Shown here: positions 20,801-30,800 of the stretch, piece by piece
Numbering within the stretch: the first letter of the stretch is position 1
Layout of the letters: every line of letters begins with the position of its first letter
DNA from: a virus
Virus record (IMG/VR): IMGVR_UViG_3300044846_001307
Location: 12,725 to 76,724 of that record
Strand: one strand, 5' to 3'
DNA length: 64,000 nucleotides
Notes under the pieces: generated by a model
Told to the model about the DNA's origin: nothing
What the model saw: the letters and a program-made list of their open reading frames with translations, nothing else
Database searches by the model: none
Made by a program: the position numbers and the translations under genes

Positions 20801-23800
20801 AAGCTCAAGAATGTTTCTGATATCTTCTATAAGTTCATTTTCTAATGCAGCTTTTTGTTCTTTAACAGCTTTGGTAAAATTATCACCACCTCTAAGATTT
20901 TTTATAGCTTCATTATCTTTATAACTACGTTTGATTATATTACCGTTTTCATCAATTGTATTCATGAAAATTGTAAGTTTATCAATATCAAAGTCACCCC
21001 CTGACTTAGCAACGATCTCTGCCGGTGGAATAATTATATTACCAGCTTGTGGAGGAAGGAATTCAAATACCTCAGCAAACTCCATAGAGTTAAGACCTTG
21101 TACAGGAATACGTACACCCACTATAGTAATAGCTTTTCTGATTGCACCATCATTAGCATCTAACCAAGAGTCATCTTTGATTTTTTCATTTAATCTAGCT
21201 AATGATTTATCCATATCAAGTGTACCATCTTCAAGATAAACACCTACAGTTTCTTCATTAGCATATTCTAAATTGAATAGGTTATAATATGAGCCCTGCA
21301 TAGCTATCATAACTTTAGCAGCAGCAGTATAACCATTAGATTTTTTATGATAAGTAGGTAACAAGTATGTTGTAGAGGCCCATTTTTTGATCTCATCTTT
21401 ACTTGCTTTTCTTAAATCAGGCTCTGTAAATTGATTTGCATACAAACCAACAGATACTTGAATTAATGGCTCACCTGTAACTTTTTGTTTGATTACTCTC
21501 TTATTAATCATAGAAAGTAATAACTTCTCTATTTTAGCAGCTTCCGGGTGGAAAGAAAGATCATGGACTAAGTCTCCATTATTATCAAATACATCAATAA
21601 ACTCAATAAGATCATCACTCAAAACTTCTTCTCTTTCAAGATTTGTTCTGATCATGTTTACAAGTTTAGCAATGCTTGACTTATCTTTAGCTTTGTATTC
21701 TCCAGGAGTAGTTTCTTCATACCCCATCTCTTCAAGAAGTTCTATCTTAAGTAGGTTAGTATACTCTTCAACGTGATCTAGATATTTTTTTACTCTAGTG
21801 TTAGTAATGTCTTGATATTTTGTAGACTTGATTACACCTTGCTCATATAGACCCTCAAGAATTAACTTTCTCAACTGTGTAGAGAAGATTGATTTACCTT
21901 TGTAAGTTGCATTAACCTCTGTTTGGTTCTTCAAATACTCAGCATAAATAGTGTTAATTGTAAATTCTGAGTTTTTATTGAATGTTCCATCAGGGTTTAA
22001 AACAACATCTCCGTTTCCAATATGACCTACTTTGGAACCAGACTCAAATAAAACGTAGTCTATTTGGTCTTTCATCATTTTCTCATGCAAGTCAAATAAC
22101 GGAGTACCCTCTCTTCCTACTCCAGGAATAATAGGAGCAAGAGAGAACTTGTGGAAAGAGTTAACAGGAAGACCTGTTGATTCTATATTACCAAAGTACT
22201 GTAATTTATATGGAGGGAAGAACTCTACTACATCCTCTACAGTGATATTCTCACCCATAGCAACTTTTCTGTATAGTAATTCTTGTTGATCACCCCAGTT
22301 ACCTTCTAGATGTTTTAATCTTCTATAAGTCTCAAAGGATACAATACCCTGACCATCAGCAATCTTCATCTGTGCTTTGTCAGCTGAGAAGTATTCAGAT
22401 GCTGCTTTGTCTGCAATTTCTTTTGCTTTCTTCTTGTCTTTAGTTCTTTCATATGCAGCTGCTTCAATCTCATCTCTGTACTCTTTGTACATAACAGAAT
22501 TGAACTGCATTTCTTTTATAATAGCTGTTTGTAAAGTACCATCATAGTTTCTAACTTCATAACCTCTTCTATCAGCATAGTAGTTTTTCAAAGAACTAAC
22601 ATAGATTTGTGCTCTTTTGTCTGCTCTAAATCCTTTACCACCAGATGCTAGACCTGCATTACGTTTGTGGAATTCTTCTTTAGCATGATTATATTGTACT
22701 AAATCTCCATATGCAATGATAACAGTCTCCATCTTATGGATGAAAGAGTTATATGTGTAAGCTTTTACTAATGCAGTTTCTATGTCTTTTTCAGTAAGAT
22801 CTTCATTAGTAACTCTGATTCTTTCAATAAGACCTTTGTCTACATACTTAGCTTTTTGAAGTCTACCATAGTTAGCAGCAGTATCAATATCAAAATAATC
22901 TTCAACATCTTTTCTAATTTGATCTCTTAACTCCGGGTTATTATCTAACTCAGTCATTAAATCAAAATCAGAAAGACTATTGTCTGAAGCTTTATCAATT
23001 ATAGCATACAAACTTTTTTGTGTGGTTGCTCTAAGGACATCATCAAATGCAGTAAAGGCTTGTCCAGCCATAACTGCAGTTTTTTGACCATCTTTTCTTT
23101 TTACTTTTCTATTATAGCCAGCATAATTCTTGAACTTATCTTTATCCTGTTGGAATCTAAAGATTCTATTACCCTCACCAACAAGATATCCTTCAATGAT
23201 ATCATATGATTTTAGTGTACCATCAGCATAAGGTAAGAAAGACTCCATATCTACATAAAGTTTAGAAGCTTTTTTACCATTATAAGTCTTGATATCACCA
23301 TCAAGAGTCATACCCATTGCAGTGTTTTTAGAAGCATGTCTCATGAATTCCTCAACACCACTCAATAACATCGTGTGAAACTCTTGTAGGTATTTACTAG
23401 TAGCATCCATTGATGCTGTAGAAGTACCTCCTTCATTTCTACGACTTACCATCTGAGTACCAGCAACATTTTGCAATACAATTTTTGTATCTGAAATTTT
23501 TTGACCATATGTTTGAGACATAGGATCAAGATCAAATATTGAAGTTAAAAGTTTTGAGAAAGGACTGAATGTATTATTTGATTCATTCAACCATCTCATA
23601 TGTTTAAATCTACCATTTGGATCAGCTTCAGCTGTTGTAAGTTGTTGCCAATTGTCAGCATAATTAATAGCTGCAATAATTCTTGTGATAGTATTATCAA
23701 CCATGTGTTCCCATACTCTGTTTCCTTCAGGGGTTTGTACACTAAAGTTTGAATAACTATCAGAGAATGCATTTTGAATTCCTGCTAATGCTCTGATTCT

Positions 23801-26800
23801 ACCTCTTACTTCATCACTTTGTGCTTGGTTATCTCTAAGTGATTCAGGAAGACCATTAAGTAAGTATGTAAGTGGGTCTTTCTTAAATAAGAATGCGTCA
23901 GAAGATGCACTTTTATTTACTTTTTTGATAACCTCATACATTCTATCAACACCAAATGTTGTACTGAATGGCGTAGTTCTGTTGTTAATCATCTCTTTGA
24001 TTGCAGAACTAGATTGATCTAACACAACACCAATAGCTTGTAAGAACTCATTAGCTTTACGGTAGTTAAATCTACCATCAGTACCAAAGTCTTTTACAAT
24101 TTTAGCTGTGTTCAATATATTATTACCATACTTATCTTTTGATACATATGGGTTAATTGTACTATCTGCAGTAACAAAGTTAGATTTCCAATCTTGAATT
24201 ACCTGGTATACATCAAAGTTAGCTTTAGCAACACGGGCTTCAAAAGATTTATTTATACCTTCCTCAGTTCTAGCTTCTTCTTTGTTTAAGTTAAGCTGAA
24301 CATATGGGATTCTTGGTTTCTTAAAGTCTTGCCAGAAATTTGTTTCTGATGCAAACTCCATTGAAGTATACTCCCCTAGAGCAGTCTTCTCATTAAAGAA
24401 TGGATTAGGTAGTAACGTTTGTAGTTGTTCAAGCTCAGGATAATTCTCAGAATTTTCAAAGATTCTTGAGTACATATCCATTTCATCAAATGAACCTTCT
24501 AAGATTTTAGCAAGTCTATTCCAAGTAATGTCAATGTCCTGTAATACAGGAAGACCAAAAAGACCTTCTCTACTAGTTACAATCTCTCCATTTTCTTTGG
24601 ATACTTTGAAGATACTAGCTAATAACATCATAGTGTCTTCACTAGCAAGTTCTTTTGAAGAAATAGTGTTACCGTCATTTAACTTAAACAAGTTACTCTT
24701 CTCAATATTGCTTGGATCTTCAATCTCTATATATTCATCTCTTAGTACACGGAATCTAGACTTCTCAAGATGATATGCTATAACATTGTTTTTTTCTTTA
24801 CCATCAAGACTATCTGTTAGATTACCAAAATTAGCTGTGATCTTATCTAACAATTCTAATTCTTCAATGAATTTAGGATCAGTTAATAACTCATCATCAG
24901 CCTCTAGATCAGTAACATAAGCAATTCTTAATCTTTCAAATCTGTCATAGATATCTCTGTAAAGATCTTTTTTGTTTTCTGGATCTTTAAGAAGTTTTAA
25001 TGCAGCAGCTGTTGTATTGAAGTCTCTGTTGTGAGCTTGAAATATAACAGACATCATGCTGTCCATTGCATCAGCAATTTTCTTAGACTCTTCTAATGTA
25101 AAGTTATCATTGATGATCTTACTTCTGTTTAGTTTCCCAAACATTACATTATCCATAGAAGGTTTTAAGCTAGATAGAATACTTGGATTCTCTGAAGCTC
25201 TGTATAATTTGTCAAACAATTCTTTTACAGACTCAACATCTTGCAAGCTTGTAGCAGCTTGTTTCTTACTAACTTTACCAAATAGCTTTTGGATAAACTG
25301 GTAGATCTTGTCAAACAGTCTACCTAAAAGACCTTTAACTTCTTTCTTACCTTTTGATTTAGCATATGATCTAAATTCTTCAGCCAAAGATTCCTCTATA
25401 TCAAAGAAACTTTTGCCTTTGTATTTAGGTAACGATTGTATTTCTTCATAAAGTTTGATCTTCTCATCCTTAGTTAAAAGTAATTGAGAGAAACCGTGCC
25501 ATGCTTCATGATAAACATCAACCATGGTACCACCATCAGCTTCATAAAGAGTAATACCATAACCAGACCAGGTAGCAAATGCATCTGAGTTTACAATTTC
25601 TGTTACTCTCTCAAGACTAATGAACTTACTCAAAGGTGAATTGTTCCACCATGTCTCTGCTTTTTGTCTGTCAGATTTAGAAGTAAAGACTTTGTCTAAG
25701 AATCTATCACGCAGTTTACTTCTGTCTAATCCTTTCTTTTTATATAAAGCACTGTTTGATGAACCATTAATGATATCATCTAATAGAGATACTCTAGTTG
25801 ATGGATTGTTCTTAATGTTTGTTTCTTTAGCTTCAGCTTCTGTTTTAGAAGGAGTTTCTTTTGCAGTTACTGGCTTGGTACGGATCTGTTTTTTAGGAGC
25901 AGCTTTTGGTGCTTCTTTATCAACCTTAGTTTTAGCAACAGGTGTTGATTGAGTAGGTTTTGGTCTACCAACAGGAATGATTCCATCAAACTCAACAGTA
26001 CCTTCAGGTATTGCATAAGTCAGATAAGCATTCATACCATTCTCATATGCATTAGTCTCAGCTGTATATGTAATTTTGATAAATGGTTTAATTACTTCAA
26101 AATAATTCTTAGAGACTTCAGTAATTTTATCTCCTTCAATATTATAATCAGTAATAGTTTTACCCTTATACTTATTATTGTATTGCACATTAGCTGGCCA
26201 AAACTGATCTTTAACTTTGTCTTTTGGTCTAGCATTTAATAAATGATCTATAATAAGTTTTTTACCTTCTTCAGTATAAAGAACATCTTGAGGTATCTCT
26301 TTACCATTGATCTCTACAAAGAATGTTTTCTCATTATTTACAATAAGAACCTTTGCTCTAATTCTATCTCTGTTATATGGAAGATTTGTTTTGTATCCTG
26401 TTTTAGGATCTTTCATCAAAGCATTATTGATAAAGATTTCAAAGTATGCTTTTCTTTCATCCGGTGTCAACTCTCTACCTTTTAACTTTGCTGTAGTAGT
26501 TAATACTGTTGCAAGTTGTTCAGCCAAAGACTGATCAATGTCTGATCTTTGTAAAAATACTTCTTGGTCAACATTTAATCCTCCAGCTTTAGTTTTCTGA
26601 ATAATAACATATTGTTTACCACTATCTTTACCAGTTGTGATACCAGTATAATTTTTGATATCTGCTTCAGTAAGACCAGCTTCTTCCAAAGTCATAGTCT
26701 TAATTGCTGTTCTTGGAATACCAAATGTTCCTCCTAAAATTGGAAGAATGATTTGTAACTCACCATTAGACTCTTCAATTAATTTTCTTAATTGATAAAG

Positions 26801-27838
26801 CTCATTCATTTCTCTGTCTTGACGATCTTTGATAGTTTTAACAAGTTGTTTGAATTGAGCTTCGGTTACTTTAACCTTACCATTACTCTCTTCTTCAATC
26901 AAAGCTTTCTGTCTACCAGCAATTACTTCTGGTTGAACAAGATTATAATGACGATTACTTCTGTTAGATAATAATAACTTACCATCTACAAGGTTTACTT
27001 TTCTAAGATATTGGTAAACTATTCTACCCTCTTGAGGATTGTCTGTAATTGTACCGTCTTCTTTAAAATAAACTAGATCTCCTTTTGCATCAGTTATAAC
27101 AGCTGCTATACCATTATCATTAGGATTCTTCTCTAGGAATAATCTATCATCAGTAGTCAATAACTCAGGAGAAATGTTTCTTGTAAGTTGAGTAGTCAAT
27201 GCAAGTATTACTCCATTGTATTCAATCTCTTCTGTACCTACTCTTTGTTTAGATATTTCTACTATAGCTTTAACTACTTCAGAAAATAGTTTCTTTTCAG
27301 GATCTATATTATTTCTGTCAGCCTCAGATAGTGTTTCTGGATTTCCTGCAAATGCCATTTGGATAGAGGTAGCCCAAGGAGTTGTTACTTTAGCACCATT
27401 ATCTTCATTAAATGACCAGAACTCCTTCTCGTCTACTTCAGGAACAAAGTCTTTTTTACCTTTGTTTGTATTTTTAATCTCAGAATCAATCTGCTGCTTG
27501 CTCTTTTTTTTAGTTGCAATATCCTTTCCTACCTCAGTAAGATCAGCATATCTTTTTCTCATTTGTGCAAGAGCAGTAAAATCAAAACCATTATCAACTA
27601 GATAATCATTAGCTTCATTGTCTTGAGTAACTAAATGGAATACATCAGGAATAGCTTGTGCATATAACATAGCTTTAACTTGATCTCCTGTAGCTTCTTT
27701 TACAACATTGTATGTGTCTTGAACAATTTTATTCAAGTCAATTGCAGGTAATTCAGAATTACCTAATCTATCAGTTACTTCACCATAAAGTACTTCATAT
27801 AAATCTAATACCTGCTCTCTATTTAAACTACATGCCAT
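17891..27838 (-). CDS. virion-packaged single-chain double-psi-beta-barrel RNA polymerase (crAss-like) with zincin-like domain
   Basis: 3315 aa; RIPVQG...GGDFDIDKL catalytic DxDxD at 20981-20995; ADGQG, ESGSKVG, STQLRKL and VDVEKD motifs; YHEAWH at ~25496-25513. Confidence 0.9.
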   Translation of the reverse strand: MACSLNREQVLDLYEVLYGEVTDRLGNSELPAIDLNKIVQDTYNVVKEATGDQVKAMLYAQAIPDVFHLVTQDNEANDYLVDNGFDFTALAQMRKRYADLTEVGKDIATKKKSKQQIDSEIKNTNKGKKDFVPEVDEKEFWSFNEDNGAKVTTPWATSIQMAFAGNPETLSEADRNNIDPEKKLFSEVVKAIVEISKQRVGTEEIEYNGVILALTTQLTRNISPELLTTDDRLFLEKNPNDNGIAAVITDAKGDLVYFKEDGTITDNPQEGRIVYQYLRKVNLVDGKLLLSNRSNRHYNLVQPEVIAGRQKALIEEESNGKVKVTEAQFKQLVKTIKDRQDREMNELYQLRKLIEESNGELQIILPILGGTFGIPRTAIKTMTLEEAGLTEADIKNYTGITTGKDSGKQYVIIQKTKAGGLNVDQEVFLQRSDIDQSLAEQLATVLTTTAKLKGRELTPDERKAYFEIFINNALMKDPKTGYKTNLPYNRDRIRAKVLIVNNEKTFFVEINGKEIPQDVLYTEEGKKLIIDHLLNARPKDKVKDQFWPANVQYNNKYKGKTITDYNIEGDKITEVSKNYFEVIKPFIKITYTAETNAYENGMNAYLTYAIPEGTVEFDGIIPVGRPKPTQSTPVAKTKVDKEAPKAAPKKQIRTKPVTAKETPSKTEAEAKETNIKNNPSTRVSLLDDIINGSSNSALYKKKGLDRSKLRDRFLDKVFTSKSDRQKAETWWNNSPLSKFISLERVTEIVNSDAFATWSGYGITLYEADGGTMVDVYHEAWHGFSQLLLTKDEKIKLYEEIQSLPKYKGKSFFDIEESLAEEFRSYAKSKGKKEVKGLLGRLFDKIYQFIQKLFGKVSKKQAATSLQDVESVKELFDKLYRASENPSILSSLKPSMDNVMFGKLNRSKIINDNFTLEESKKIADAMDSMMSVIFQAHNRDFNTTAAALKLLKDPENKKDLYRDIYDRFERLRIAYVTDLEADDELLTDPKFIEELELLDKITANFGNLTDSLDGKEKNNVIAYHLEKSRFRVLRDEYIEIEDPSNIEKSNLFKLNDGNTISSKELASEDTMMLLASIFKVSKENGEIVTSREGLFGLPVLQDIDITWNRLAKILEGSFDEMDMYSRIFENSENYPELEQLQTLLPNPFFNEKTALGEYTSMEFASETNFWQDFKKPRIPYVQLNLNKEEARTEEGINKSFEARVAKANFDVYQVIQDWKSNFVTADSTINPYVSKDKYGNNILNTAKIVKDFGTDGRFNYRKANEFLQAIGVVLDQSSSAIKEMINNRTTPFSTTFGVDRMYEVIKKVNKSASSDAFLFKKDPLTYLLNGLPESLRDNQAQSDEVRGRIRALAGIQNAFSDSYSNFSVQTPEGNRVWEHMVDNTITRIIAAINYADNWQQLTTAEADPNGRFKHMRWLNESNNTFSPFSKLLTSIFDLDPMSQTYGQKISDTKIVLQNVAGTQMVSRRNEGGTSTASMDATSKYLQEFHTMLLSGVEEFMRHASKNTAMGMTLDGDIKTYNGKKASKLYVDMESFLPYADGTLKSYDIIEGYLVGEGNRIFRFQQDKDKFKNYAGYNRKVKRKDGQKTAVMAGQAFTAFDDVLRATTQKSLYAIIDKASDNSLSDFDLMTELDNNPELRDQIRKDVEDYFDIDTAANYGRLQKAKYVDKGLIERIRVTNEDLTEKDIETALVKAYTYNSFIHKMETVIIAYGDLVQYNHAKEEFHKRNAGLASGGKGFRADKRAQIYVSSLKNYYADRRGYEVRNYDGTLQTAIIKEMQFNSVMYKEYRDEIEAAAYERTKDKKKAKEIADKAASEYFSADKAQMKIADGQGIVSFETYRRLKHLEGNWGDQQELLYRKVAMGENITVEDVVEFFPPYKLQYFGNIESTGLPVNSFHKFSLAPIIPGVGREGTPLFDLHEKMMKDQIDYVLFESGSKVGHIGNGDVVLNPDGTFNKNSEFTINTIYAEYLKNQTEVNATYKGKSIFSTQLRKLILEGLYEQGVIKSTKYQDITNTRVKKYLDHVEEYTNLLKIELLEEMGYEETTPGEYKAKDKSSIAKLVNMIRTNLEREEVLSDDLIEFIDVFDNNGDLVHDLSFHPEAAKIEKLLLSMINKRVIKQKVTGEPLIQVSVGLYANQFTEPDLRKASKDEIKKWASTTYLLPTYHKKSNGYTAAAKVMIAMQGSYYNLFNLEYANEETVGVYLEDGTLDMDKSLARLNEKIKDDSWLDANDGAIRKAITIVGVRIPVQGLNSMEFAEVFEFLPPQAGNIIIPPAEIVAKSGGDFDIDKLTIFMNTIDENGNIIKRSYKDNEAIKNLRGGDNFTKAVKEQKAALENELIEDIRNILELPDNYASLIMPNGTFILKDIAEKLSEYVSEYNPKNNKMTDNTGEISPTRVLEAMYNIYKHESNIVGKKTLGLGAIENTFNVIMNSIGAYMPDEYTIKKELRKSNMRLRNNKMIVDGKEVISMSNLYDVDGVNKVADVISQMMNGWVDVEKDAWIFFIQGNYEVAPTLLYLVKAGVPVQEAIYFVSNPLVREYVDEQRLAKSTFADVLNKKPDSPGLAKYKAASEVIRKHFDKAELAKNSSNDARYLKGQELLDAHFNGRKEQTFTEKEMEKLIMDNDADSDIAKAMFLHYLELEQQISGYTALKMSSNPDTATKSTLSDVEQSEANIDELQYDERIPREILDRMMNDSVISSFFNGPMALAVSRPLFKLRYHKQISDYLIARKNQIRNDLETTFPGKNVEMFSNVFRNDIVSFILQNALRKYKAEEGFMSLNMETKIPTALVKELKRGAFVKGGTLYVDVKQLQKEFKAQAWVEGSDVENSYEDRGLYPLHPSTFMNNEETNFNEYQKFVSEREYLRSVYPLTTDFSTSVEFQEELKTTKELFPDLSSEKAARYTYEKLLAVKALDNSYNFFHLFQDSDNAFAVRMSKLLQNNPELAKDYPVLGRLKLDSDKTETAFNILLAEKSFDNDKANLYSNDLKRLADPTVQKVSDPQENARISDMFKYLNTFAFLQTGLNKTKLSFTNVVDYTDFLAVVEDEVGEFMDALNKKGFTVLDNFYDQFIRQNSVTNLNKNRFKDYLSNMDYANPERISPTVAPTPQRGEQVAEEDSTNLDTTAEVKRLGLRSTDKEGVFMYNDSNAKNIYYYTNIGKNNPDVVFVHNTSVYEIKPEQIAKGTNLGGASNFMSEIPSMSINFPTNLFASVVNGKQVELSPDQYQTLKNIWEKRINIIKQIQDKDGKIAFPEYGFGDPNTMPQELFVYLSKRLFEEFQYVNPGSTKYDQMRDLVSASQGISDAEILTQLELEEDPFKCS

Positions 27839-27839
27839 T

Positions 27840-30800
27840 TTAACAAGTTTTTGAATTTTCAGCTAATTTATCTAATCTTGATTTTTTATCAGATGCTTTT
27901 GATTTTTCTTTTGCTTCAGCAAGTGCTGCTGCATCATTTTGAATATCCTTGATAGTATCTTTTGATTCATTAGAATCTTCGATATCTACAGGAGTTATTT
28001 CTACATTTGCTTCAGGTTGTGTTGCTTCCATAGTTGTTTTTTCAAAATTTTCTATAAGTTCTGCTTCAGTAAAATCTCTTGATTCTTCAGTTTTAATATT
28101 TTTTAATTTAACTGAATCTTTACCTTTTTTCACCACGATTACTTCTTCACCAGCGAAGTCTGTAAAGATAGGATTTTTACTTATAAGATACTCATCCACA
28201 GCAATGTTTTGAATAGAAACTATTGTTTTTAATTCCTGTAATCTATTAGCATAAGCTTCTCTTATTGCAGCTGTATTCTGATCATTTTTCACAGCATCCA
28301 AGAATGCTTTTTCATATACAGTTTCAATAGTATCTAACGTAGCATTATTTATTTCTTCTACAGAATCTAACACTTCTTCAAACTCTACTGGCTCTTCAAA
28401 AGTTTCACTTAAACCTTCTTGTCTTGCTTGTTTGACAAGGTCTTCAAGTTCCGTTCTTGTAGCTGGTCTAGAAACTCCTTCTGCTGGTTTTCTGCTAGAC
28501 CTTTCATCCGTAGGTACACTAGTCCCTTTCTGTACTTCTGTTGATCCTGGCCCGAAGACTTGGTCTGCTGCTTCTTGTTTTTTGCTGATTCTTCCATTCT
28601 TAGTTAAATTAATTAATTGCATGTCATTAAGTAAATCATTCAATGCATTAATTTGATTAGTAATATCATCTACTATGTCTCCACGGTTGATTACACTGTA
28701 ACCTAATGACTCTAATTTTTTAATAGTGTTTTGAGCCCATTTTGTAATAGTGTTGAGATCTGATTTCTTTAAAGCTTGAACACCACTCTCTATCAAAGTA
28801 TCTAATACTTCAGGGTACTCAGCACTCATTATTTCTGTAATTGCTGTACCAATGCTACGTGATAAAGATAAGTTATCTATTGCTTTTAAGTCTTGTGTTT
28901 CATTTGCTTTTGTAGCATTTCTAGTAGCTCTTTGGAAACTATTAGGTAATCTGTTAAGAGCAAAAATAAAAGTATCTGCATTCTCTCCATAGACAAACAT
29001 TTTTTTGTTTGATTCTGCAAGAGAAACTCTCTTATTACCTAGTTGTTTAATTTGATCTTGTAGTTTTGCTATTTTAGTAATTAAAGCATCTCTTTTATCA
29101 GAATCTACATCTTCTGTAGAGACAATGTTACGGAGGTCTCCTATTCTTTGAGACAGTACACCAATTTGTTTATCAATCTTACTGATTGTTTCATCATTAG
29201 ACATATAACTTAACACAGTTATAGTTCCAGTTGAATCTCTCAATACATCATATCTTACACCGTTAATGGTTGCAACAGTATCATCATTGTTTGAGAAGGC
29301 TGCATTAATTACTTGACCATTTACAGTTGATACTTGACCAACGTTTTGTGTTTCTATTACTAAACTTGCACCAGCATCACTTAAAGTCAGCTCACCATTG
29401 TATACATTTCTGCTATCTTTTTGTAATGGATATACTTCAGTAAACCCTTCTGCTGAATTTATTGCATCAGATATTCTTTTAATATCATTCTTTAATGCTT
29501 GAAGAGTTTCTTCAGTACCATATTCTTTCTCTACTGACAAGTTAGCTTCTAAAGTATCTAATGTAAGCTGTAGTGTTGAGATATCATTATTTACAGTTAC
29601 CTCTATACCAAAAGCCCCATCAGGCATTGTTACTAGTTTACCAATACGACCATTCAAAACAATTGGTTTATTGATATTATCAATAAGTTTGTTTTTAGCT
29701 GGATCAGATTCTTGTATACCTGGATTTGTAGTACTTTCTTTAGCTGCCTCTTTTTTAATAGGTGCTTTAATTTCAGGCGTTGTTTTAGTAATACCGTAGT
29801 TTTCAATTTCCGGTAAGTATTCTAAATCAATTGTGTCTTTTCCATCCTCTACAATAGAAGCAAGCTCAATATCATTGATATAACCATCAATAGTTACATC
29901 AATTTCAAACGGCATTAACTTCAAGTCAGGTGTAATAGCTGTATTGTTATGGAACATGTATCCATATATAGACTGTTGAGCACGGAAATATGTAGACTTA
30001 TCTTTAAGTTTACCTGTTCCAAATGCTGCCCACTTGTCTTTACCTGCAGTTTTAATATCCACAATAGCAACGGATCCATCTTCTCTTACTAAAAGTAAGT
30101 CAAGCTCTCCTGTTACACCATTTCCGTCTCGTAAATTTCTATCAAATAGTTTTACGTTCTCTGATAAAATAGTATATGTACCATCAACTATACCTAGTCT
30201 AAATTTAGTAACTATACCACCTGGGCTGCTAGAAGTAACCGGTGCAAAAAGTTTATCAAAAACTTTTCTGGCCATTACATCTGAGATCTTAACCATTTTA
30301 CCTTTTATCTCTACTGTAGAATCATAATCAAATTCTGAAAAGTTTGATTTAGTTCCTGCATTAGGAGTAAGGAATACTCTGATTAAGTTATCCACCACGT
30401 CACCAGCATCTGCAAATTCTCTGAATGCTGTTCTTGAAACAACATTTTTTAAATTTTCATATGTAGGTTTAGTACCTAAGGCATCCTCAATAGTTTTTAA
30501 TTTATTCTCAGATCTAAATACTTTCCATCCACCTTGTGATTGGTAAACTTTTCTTTTAAAAGCTTCCATGAACAAACGTACTCTGTCTTCAGGTACTATA
30601 TCTGGATCATTAAAGAACTGATTAAATAAATTTTCAAGAGGAGCAGCAGTAACATTACCGTCTGCATCAACTCCTGGTTTTAATGGGTTGTATATAAATG
30701 GATCTTTACCTAACAAGTTTGTTTCAACTTCTTCAGCAACTTGAGTAGAACGAGCTGGCATAGGATCATTAGGACCTCTATCAGCAAAAGTTCTACCAAT

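Noticed and set aside
6750-27838. Inteins or self-splicing introns in PolB or RNAP
   Set aside because: Motifs are contiguous with normal spacing, and no internal C...HN intein ends or homing endonuclease motifs were seen.
17889-27842. Stop read-through fusing the three giant genes
   Set aside because: Each junction is TAA + 1 nt + ATG, so the genes are out of frame; translational coupling explains it more simply. A frameshift cannot be strictly excluded without proteomics.
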